From contig NC_000916.1 in the NCBI RefSeq assembly GCF_000008645.1, positions 1,080,001 through 1,112,000 of the forward strand: DNA of 32,000 nucleotides, written 5' to 3'. The notes beneath the pieces are model-generated. The model saw nothing but the letters and a program-made list of their open reading frames with translations. It searched no databases and had not been told where the DNA came from. Source of the DNA: Methanothermobacter thermautotrophicus str. Delta H. GTDB lineage: Archaea > Methanobacteriota > Methanobacteria > Methanobacteriales > Methanothermobacteraceae. The position numbers and the translations under genes are program-made. Shown piece after piece: positions 25,201-32,000 of the stretch; the stretch's first letter is position 1, and every line of letters begins with the position of its first letter.

Positions 25201-27111
25201 ATGGTTTCAGAGATGCTTGAAGAAATCAAAAGGACAATAATGCAGAGACTTCCCGAGAGGGTCCAGGTTGCGAAGGTGGAATTCGAGGGGCCCGAGGTGG
25301 TAATATACACCAAGAATCCGGAGATAATAACCGAGAACGGCAACCTCATAAGGGACATTGCAAAGGATATCCGGAAGAGGATAATTATAAGATCCGACAG
25401 GTCCGTCCTCATGGACCCTGAGAAGGCCATAAGGAAGATACATGAGATAGTGCCCGAGGAGGCCAAGATAACCAACATATCCTTTGATGATGTCACCTGT
25501 GAGGTGATAATTGAGGCCCGGAAACCAGGACTTGTGATAGGCAAGTACGGATCCACGTCAAGGGAAATAGTCAAGAACACTGGCTGGGCGCCCAAGATAC
25601 TGAGAACACCACCAATATCCTCTGAGATAATAGAAAGAATACGCAGAACACTGAGGAAGAACAGCAAGGAAAGAAAGAAGATTCTGCAGCAACTTGGGAA
25701 CCGGATACATCAGAAGCCAAAGTATGACAATGACTGGGCAAGGCTCACCGCTATGGGTGGTTTCAGGGAGGTTGGAAGGTCCTGCCTCTACCTTCAGACC
25801 CCCAACAGCAGGGTCCTCCTGGACTGTGGTGTCAACGTTGCGGGTGGAGATGATAAGAACTCCTATCCCTACCTCAATGTCCCTGAATTCACCCTTGACA
25901 GCCTTGACGCAGTCATAATCACCCATGCACACCTTGACCACTCAGGTTTCCTCCCATACCTCTACCACTACGGCTACGATGGGCCCGTCTACTGCACGGC
26001 ACCAACAAGGGACCTCATGACGCTCCTGCAGCTGGACCACATCGACATTGCCCACAGGGAGGATGAACCCCTCCCATTCAATGTGAAGCACGTTAAGAAG
26101 AGCGTGAAGCACACGATAACCCTCGACTATGGTGAGGTGACAGACATAGCCCCTGATATAAGGCTGACACTCCACAACGCGGGTCACATCCTGGGGTCTG
26201 CCATGGCACACCTCCACATAGGGGACGGGCAGCACAACATGGTCTACACAGGGGACTTCAAGTATGAGCAGAGCAGACTCCTGGAGGCTGCAGCAAACAG
26301 GTTCCCCCGGATTGAAACCCTTGTGATGGAGAGCACCTACGGGGGCCATGAGGATGTCCAGCCATCAAGGAACCGTGCAGAGAAGGAACTCGTTAAGACC
26401 ATCTACTCAACCCTCAGGAGGGGTGGTAAGATACTGATACCGGTCTTCGCTGTTGGAAGGGCCCAGGAACTCATGATAGTCCTTGAGGAGTACATAAGGA
26501 CGGGCATAATCGACGAGGTACCTGTCTACATTGATGGTATGATCTGGGAGGCCAATGCAATCCACACTGCAAGGCCAGAGTACCTCAGCAAGGACCTGAG
26601 GGACCAGATATTCCACATGGGCCACAATCCCTTCATCTCAGACATCTTCCACAAGGTGAACGGTATGGATGAGCGGAGGGAAATAGTTGAGGGCGAACCA
26701 TCCATAATCCTCTCAACTTCAGGTATGCTGACCGGTGGTAACTCACTGGAGTACTTCAAGTGGCTATGTGAGGACCCTGACAATTCCCTTGTATTTGTCG
26801 GTTACCAGGCCGAGGGGTCCCTTGGTAGAAGGATCCAGAAGGGCTGGAAGGAGATCCCCCTCAAGGATGAGGATGATAAGATGAGGGTCTACAATGTCAG
26901 GATGAACATAAAGACCATTGAGGGTTTCAGCGGTCACTCAGACAGGAGGCAGCTCATGGAATACGTCAAGAGGATATCACCGAAACCCGAGAAGATACTC
27001 CTGTGTCACGGAGACAACTACAAGACCCTTGACCTGGCATCAAGTATCTACAGGACATACCGGATAGAGACCAAGACCCCCCTGAACCTGGAAACCGTGC
27101 GTATCCAGTGA
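25201..27111 (+). CDS. fttA: KH-domain beta-CASP/metallo-beta-lactamase ribonuclease aCPSF1 (archaeal transcription termination factor FttA)
   Basis: N-terminal KH motifs ([11 protein letters not shown]), HAHLDHSG (HxHxDH), and a beta-CASP region. 636 aa. The conserved psmB neighbourhood matches my memory of MTH1203. Confidence 0.9.
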   Translation: MVSEMLEEIKRTIMQRLPERVQVAKVEFEGPEVVIYTKNPEIITENGNLIRDIAKDIRKRIIIRSDRSVLMDPEKAIRKIHEIVPEEAKITNISFDDVTCEVIIEARKPGLVIGKYGSTSREIVKNTGWAPKILRTPPISSEIIERIRRTLRKNSKERKKILQQLGNRIHQKPKYDNDWARLTAMGGFREVGRSCLYLQTPNSRVLLDCGVNVAGGDDKNSYPYLNVPEFTLDSLDAVIITHAHLDHSGFLPYLYHYGYDGPVYCTAPTRDLMTLLQLDHIDIAHREDEPLPFNVKHVKKSVKHTITLDYGEVTDIAPDIRLTLHNAGHILGSAMAHLHIGDGQHNMVYTGDFKYEQSRLLEAAANRFPRIETLVMESTYGGHEDVQPSRNRAEKELVKTIYSTLRRGGKILIPVFAVGRAQELMIVLEEYIRTGIIDEVPVYIDGMIWEANAIHTARPEYLSKDLRDQIFHMGHNPFISDIFHKVNGMDERREIVEGEPSIILSTSGMLTGGNSLEYFKWLCEDPDNSLVFVGYQAEGSLGRRIQKGWKEIPLKDEDDKMRVYNVRMNIKTIEGFSGHSDRRQLMEYVKRISPKPEKILLCHGDNYKTLDLASSIYRTYRIETKTPLNLETVRIQ

Positions 27112-27157
27112 GGCTAACTATTTAGATAACCTTAAACTATTCTTTAGTGGTGATTTA

Positions 27158-28174
27158 ATGGTAACCTATTCAGAATCTGGAGTGGATATAGACCTGGAGG
27201 AGCTCACCGTTTCCAGCTTAACTTCCAGGTTGAGTGACACCCTTAAGTACTGTGACGTTATCACCGGAGCCGGCCACTTCGCGGCCCTGGTGAGGATGGG
27301 TGATGTGGCCATCGCCATGAGCACCGATGGTGTCGGGAGCAAGATCCTTGTGGCGGAGATGATGAACCGTTACGATACCGTGGGTATAGACTGCATTGCA
27401 ATGGTGGTCAATGACATCCTCTGCGTGGGTGCAAGGCCGGCTGCCCTGGTCGACTACCTTGCAGTCGAACGTCCGGACCCTGAAGTGGCCGGGGAGATAG
27501 GAAAGGGACTTGCAATGGGTGCTGAAATGGCAAGGGTTGCCATAATAGGTGGGGAGACAGCATCCCTTCCCGGCATAATCCGGAACCTTGACCTGGCAGC
27601 CACGGGGATCGGCTTTGTTGATGTGGACAGGATCATAACCGGGGAGGATGTGTCCCCCGGCGACACTGTCATAGGACTTGAGAGCAGCGGGATACACAGC
27701 AATGGCCTCAGCCTCGCGCGCAGGGTATTCTTTGATGAACTTGAACTTTCCCCGGAGGATGAGATGCCCGGATCCAGCAGCAGCGTTGGGGACGAACTCC
27801 TCAGACCCACAAGGATATACGTGGAGCCCATCATGGAACTGATTGAATCAGATGTTGATGTCCATGGACTGGCCCACATAACCGGGGGAGGTTTTGGCAA
27901 CCTCAAGAGACTGAGAAAGGATGTCGGGTACCGCCTGGATTCCCTCCCAGAACCACAGCAGATATTTAGAGTTATCCACGAGGCAGGCGTTGACATAAGG
28001 GAGATGTACAGGGTCTTCAACATGGGAGTGGGTTTCTGTGCAGTTGTAGCTCCGGATGACGTGGATGAAGCCCTCAGCATACTCGGAGACAGGGCCCACC
28101 CCATCGGGGAGGTTACAGATAGGGGATCAGAGGTTGAACTCGAAGCCTGCACCGGTGAAACCATAAAACTTTAG
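27158..28174 (+). CDS. purM: Phosphoribosylformylglycinamidine cyclo-ligase (AIR synthetase)
   Basis: [16 protein letters not shown] and GGETA blocks. GGTGAT SD upstream. Confidence 0.9.
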   Translation: MVTYSESGVDIDLEELTVSSLTSRLSDTLKYCDVITGAGHFAALVRMGDVAIAMSTDGVGSKILVAEMMNRYDTVGIDCIAMVVNDILCVGARPAALVDYLAVERPDPEVAGEIGKGLAMGAEMARVAIIGGETASLPGIIRNLDLAATGIGFVDVDRIITGEDVSPGDTVIGLESSGIHSNGLSLARRVFFDELELSPEDEMPGSSSSVGDELLRPTRIYVEPIMELIESDVDVHGLAHITGGGFGNLKRLRKDVGYRLDSLPEPQQIFRVIHEAGVDIREMYRVFNMGVGFCAVVAPDDVDEALSILGDRAHPIGEVTDRGSEVELEACTGETIKL

Positions 28175-28184
28175 GAGGACTTTT

Positions 28185-29210
28185 ATGAGGATAAGCCCTG
28201 AAGAGGAAGTTAAAATCATAAAGGAAATACTCACCGCCATGAATGTTCCGGAGGAGAGCTCAGATATAGTTGCAGACGTCACACTGGACGCTGACCTGAA
28301 GGGATTCAGCTCACATGGAATCGGCAGGTTCCCCCAGTACGTTGATGGGTTGAGGCATGGAACAATAAGGGCAGATGGTGACATAACCATTGAGCGGGAA
28401 ACCGAGTCAACGGCCCTCATAAATGGTAACCACATATTCGGACACGTTGTTGCCTACAGGGCCATGGAGCTTGCCATTGAGAAGGCCAGGAATACGGGTG
28501 TTGGCCTTGTCGGTGTCCATGACTCCAACCATTTCGGGGTCGCCGGCTACTACTCTGATATGGCCGTCATGAATGACATGATAGGTGTTGTTATAGCAAA
28601 CACCGAGCCGGCCGTCGCACCCATCGGGGGCAGGAAACCCATCCTTGGAACAAACCCGGTGGCCATTGGCATCCCATCAAACAGGTACTACGTCTCCGTG
28701 GACATGGCAACCTCTGCATCGGCCAGGGGAAAACTCCTGGAGGCCGCCAGGAAAGGCGAGAGCATACCTGAAAATGTGGCCCTGGATGCAGAGGGTAAAC
28801 CCACCACCGACCCTGAAATGGCCCTTAAGGGCTCCATCCTCCCCTTCGGTGGACACAAGGGATACGCCCTCTCATTCATGATAGAGATACTTGCAGGGCC
28901 CCTCGTTGGTGCTGCCTTCGGAACCGCTGTCACGGGAACAGCGAACCCTGAGGAGATGTGCACCAAGGGAGACCTCATGATGGCCATCGACCCATCAAAG
29001 ATGGTTGACCCCGATGAGTTCAGGGCCCAGGTTGATGAATTCATTGAGGAGGTTAAATCAAGCGGTGACGTCCTCATACCCGGGGACATTGAGAGCATGA
29101 ACATAAAGAGAAGGCGTGCTGAGGGTATCGAACTGGATGAAAAGCTCCTTGAGAGGATTCTTGGAATAGCCAGAGAACTTGATATAAATCTCGAAATTAA
29201 GGAGTTATGA
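28185..29210 (+). CDS. comC: L-sulfolactate dehydrogenase (Ldh2-family 2-hydroxyacid dehydrogenase)
   Basis: Ldh2-family blocks [21 protein letters not shown] and GGHKGYAL. Directly followed by comD and comE. Confidence 0.8.
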   Translation: MRISPEEEVKIIKEILTAMNVPEESSDIVADVTLDADLKGFSSHGIGRFPQYVDGLRHGTIRADGDITIERETESTALINGNHIFGHVVAYRAMELAIEKARNTGVGLVGVHDSNHFGVAGYYSDMAVMNDMIGVVIANTEPAVAPIGGRKPILGTNPVAIGIPSNRYYVSVDMATSASARGKLLEAARKGESIPENVALDAEGKPTTDPEMALKGSILPFGGHKGYALSFMIEILAGPLVGAAFGTAVTGTANPEEMCTKGDLMMAIDPSKMVDPDEFRAQVDEFIEEVKSSGDVLIPGDIESMNIKRRRAEGIELDEKLLERILGIARELDINLEIKEL

Positions 29211-29704
29211 AAGTGGATAGCAGCGAAGCTGTTTACGCGGGTATGAAGGATGCAGGGATAGACTTCGCCGTCAGCGTCCCCTGTGTGAATCTCAGGACGG
29301 TCCTTGAAATGGTGGATGCCGACCCTGCCATCATGCACGTACCGGTTACCCGGGAGGAGGAGGGCTTCGGTGTTGCAGCCGGGGCCCACATGGCTGGAAA
29401 GACAACCGCCATACTGATGCAGAACTCAGGCCTCGGTAACTCAGTGAACGTCCTGGCCTCCCTCTACAGCCTCTACCATATCCCCATAACCATGATTGTA
29501 AGTCACCGGGGCACCGAGGGAGAGTTCATGGAGGCCCAGGTGCCCATGGGAAGGGCCACCGGGGATATATTGAGGATCCTTGAAATACCCTTCAGGACCC
29601 CCAGAAGTCCTGCTGAGGCCAGGGAATCCATAGGAGAACTTACAGATATCTCCCTGAGGACCAGTAAGGCCGTGGCAGTCCTGCTGGATGTATCCTACTG
29701 GTGA
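29207..29704 (+). CDS. comD: Sulfopyruvate decarboxylase subunit alpha
   Basis: A TPP-enzyme pyrimidine-binding half ([24 protein letters not shown]). Overlaps the comC stop by 4 nt. Confidence 0.85.
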   Translation: MKVDSSEAVYAGMKDAGIDFAVSVPCVNLRTVLEMVDADPAIMHVPVTREEEGFGVAAGAHMAGKTTAILMQNSGLGNSVNVLASLYSLYHIPITMIVSHRGTEGEFMEAQVPMGRATGDILRILEIPFRTPRSPAEARESIGELTDISLRTSKAVAVLLDVSYW

Positions 29705-30263
29705 TATGATGCTTGAGAGAATTGAAGCCATAGAAAGGATAACGGGTGTCCTTGAGGATGAGCTCGTCATATGTAACCTTGGGTTTCCTTCAAGGGAGCT
29801 CTACAGTATCAGGGACTCGCCAAGGCACTTCTACATGCTTGGATCCATGGGGATGGCATCTTCCATCGGGCTTGGACTCGCGCTTTCACAGGAGCGGAGG
29901 GTGGTTGTCCTGGACGGTGACGGTTCCATCCTCATGAACCTTGGAGGCCTGGTCACTGCAGCTGCACAGTCCCCTGGGAACCTCATCATAGTCCTCCTCG
30001 ACAACAGGTGCTACGCGACAACCGGCTCACAGTGCACCTACGCCGATGTGATAGACCTTGGGGCCGTTGCAGAGTCCATGGGCTTCAATGTGATCAGGTT
30101 CGCCGATGATCTGAACTTTGAACAGGCACTGGCGATGGATGGTCCTGTTTTTGCCCATGTCCCTGTGAAGCCCGGGAACGCCGATGTCCCTGTCATCGAT
30201 CTTGATGCAGAGGAGATAATAGAACGCTTCATTAAGGAGGTCCGGGGAGCCACTGAGGATTGA
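29688..30263 (+). CDS. comE: Sulfopyruvate decarboxylase subunit beta
   Basis: TPP-binding motif [12 protein letters not shown]...[12 protein letters not shown]...DN. The start is ATG 29688 (overlapping comD) or ATG 29706/29709 just after the comD stop. Confidence 0.85.
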   Translation: MYPTGDMMLERIEAIERITGVLEDELVICNLGFPSRELYSIRDSPRHFYMLGSMGMASSIGLGLALSQERRVVVLDGDGSILMNLGGLVTAAAQSPGNLIIVLLDNRCYATTGSQCTYADVIDLGAVAESMGFNVIRFADDLNFEQALAMDGPVFAHVPVKPGNADVPVIDLDAEEIIERFIKEVRGATED

Positions 30264-30287
30264 AACATGTACCCTGATTTTAATTAG

Positions 30288-32000
30288 CTATCCCCTGTAG
30301 GTTGCATAGAAACCATCGGTGTCGGCATAGACCGTGTGGAACCCAAATTCCTCTGCAGTTTTTATTGTTTTCTTGATATAGTCCCTGCCCCATGCGGTTA
30401 TGGCCTCGGCGCACTCCATTGAGTACCAGCGGAACCTTGAATACCCATATACACCGTACATGGTGTTTGCAAGTCTCTTGAGGGCCTCCTGCTGCACATT
30501 GAGTATCTTCCTCTCCATGGGATCATCTGATCCCTTCATCTCCTCCTTGATCCTCACCCTCTCTGAGAGTATTTCACCTATAACCGAGGGTACGAATCCC
30601 CTCGGACTTTTGCGGAACCTGTAACCGTATTCAGGTGCCACGTAGCATTCAGATTCCTCGTCATCTGTCAGGGTGTCCGGTGAGATGTTCTTTGAGATTA
30701 TTATGCTTGGGTAGAGGCTCCTGAAGTCAAACTGGACTATGTTCTCGTGGAGACCCTTCTCTGGTTCCTTGACGTATCCGCCGACCGCCCTGCGACCCCT
30801 CCTGCTGGAGAAGTCTGACTGGGATGGCTTGTTTGGTACCAGTTCCCCGTACTGGTATGCCTTGCGGACAAGGAACCATTCCGCCTGCTGACCTGTTGCC
30901 ATGCGGGAGATGTCGAATAGTGGCTGGCCCACCAGCCGGGTGAGCTCCAGGTTGAGGGGGAGTATCTTCTCTGCTATCCTGTGGGTTGCAACAACATCAT
31001 CCAGGGAGTACCTGAAGAGTTCATCCCTCAGCTCATCCCGGTCCCAGTACTCCCAGAGCCTGTCACCGGGGAGGTCGATCTTCTCCTCGCCGAAGAGTTC
31101 CTGGTAGACCCTCTCCAGGGTGTACCTGTCAAGGTTCATGTACCTCCTCATGACCGGGTAGAGGTCCACGTGCACCGTTCCCTTTATGGCCGTGGCGTTT
31201 GCAAAGCCCCTCCTCATGGTCCTGATCTTTGAACCATCCCAGCCGAGGTCGAGTTCCGCGCCCAGGATAGCCGCCCTCCTTGTTATGTAGGGGAAGTCAA
31301 AGTTGTCTGAATTGTATCCCACCAGTATGTCCGGTTTCTTATCAATTACGATCTCTGCGAATCTCTCAAGGAGTTCCCTTTCATCCTCAACCACCTCAAC
31401 AAAGTCAAGGTGGTCGCCGGCCGTTGATATGACAGATTCGTAGCCCATGTTACCGGCGACACCAATCATCACTATCTCGTCCTTTTCAGGGTCAGGCATG
31501 CCATGGGGGTTCCTCACCTCGATGTCAAAGCTCAGGATGTCGAGTCCATGTGCCCCTGAACCTGTGCTCTGGACCCTGCCGGTTACCTCCACCGTCCTGA
31601 CATCGGTTGTCACCGATGGTGCTGAGTCCACCTCAACACCCTGGAACTCCAGCTCCTCCATGGGTACTATGGATTTATCTATTAGGTAGCGCCTGTAGAA
31701 TGGGATGTCATGTTCCCTTATATCCCTGACAGATTCCAGGTCCCTTATCCTGTCCCTGATCTTTGGCACGTCCTGGGGGTGTCTGAATTCGATTCTGATG
31801 ACCTCTGTGGGCCTTCCAAGGTCCCTCATCTCTTTGACTTCAAGTTTCTCCAGTTCCAGTTCCTCAAGCTCCCTGAGGCATTCATCGAGGTCTGTGGGGA
31901 TTGCGTATATGTAGGGTCTGAATGAGCGGTCATGGGCTATAATGGGCTCATTTCCGCCGCTTTTATCCTTACCGAAAAGTCTGATAACCGGGACCTCATC
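30288..32000 (-). CDS. polB: Family-B DNA polymerase, large N-terminal fragment (exonuclease plus palm/fingers); 5' end lies beyond the window
   Basis: Exo I LSFDIEV, Exo [12 protein letters not shown], motif [11 protein letters not shown], motif [23 protein letters not shown], motif C YADTDG, then a stop 8 codons later. I translated 31830-32000 by hand. The frame stays open (..[35 protein letters not shown]..), so the tracked Met at 31829 is internal. Confidence 0.9.

Noticed and set aside
412-31925. Dozens of 60-160 aa ORFs in the track lying antisense to, or out of frame within, the genes called above (for example 640..1026 +, 5692..6072 +, 9163..9552 -, 20885..21361 -, 27454..28164 -).
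   Set aside because: Each lies wholly inside a longer ORF that has clear family motifs. Their translations are low-complexity (Ser/Pro/Arg/Leu-rich), they have no SD or promoter context, and this is the usual shadow-ORF pattern at ~50% GC.
1-32000. A search for CRISPR arrays, transposase or integrase genes, IS-type terminal inverted repeats, tRNA or rRNA genes, and toxin-antitoxin or defence-system genes.
   Set aside because: No repeat-spacer periodicity, recombinase motifs, cloverleaf-capable segments or recognisable defence domains were seen. Gene content is housekeeping throughout.

Overview
The window reads as ordinary core chromosome of a thermophilic methanogen. Gene order and several distinctive proteins match my memory of Methanothermobacter thermautotrophicus Delta H, roughly MTH1174/1175 through MTH1208. 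Remembered anchors are MTH1175 (NifX-like), MTH1184, MTH1187, MTH1203 (KH/beta-CASP nuclease) and MTH1208 (split PolB). This identification comes from recall, not a search. I call 34 protein genes and find no rRNA, tRNA, CRISPR array or mobile element. Content includes coenzyme M biosynthesis (comB; comC-comD-comE), methanopterin and F420 biosynthesis (mptA, cofG) and purine synthesis (purP, purM). It also includes psmB plus the aCPSF1/FttA nuclease, tRNA modification enzymes (Trm1, Taw2-like, TtuA/Ncs6-like), an Lrp regulator with an HDAC-family deacetylase, and the large fragment of the split family-B DNA polymerase running off the right edge. The best candidate for an undescribed system is the minus-strand block at 105-6688. 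It holds a tightly packed six-gene operon: a DUF134 regulator, two stand-alone NifX-like cofactor-binding proteins, an Mrp/NBP35 carrier, and two MinD-type ATPases with ferredoxin inserts. Directly upstream on the same strand lie a membrane metallophosphoesterase and the methanogenesis-marker pair (Mmp17-like and Mmp7, the latter a McrC paralog). Other sequence-level findings are listed here. (1) Two perfect 22-bp palindromes sit at apparently leaderless starts (4047-4068 before the DUF134 gene; 17136-17157 centred on the HDAC ATG). (2) An 8-nt tandem array (TGAATCAC)x4 with extra copies fills one intergenic gap. (3) A degenerate duplication of a gene 3' end lies at 51-146. (4) A 38-bp interleaved divergent promoter lies at 10980-11017. 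(5) An oligo-T/hairpin cluster lies directly upstream of the termination-factor gene. All functional calls rest on motif recognition by eye and need HMM or BLAST confirmation.
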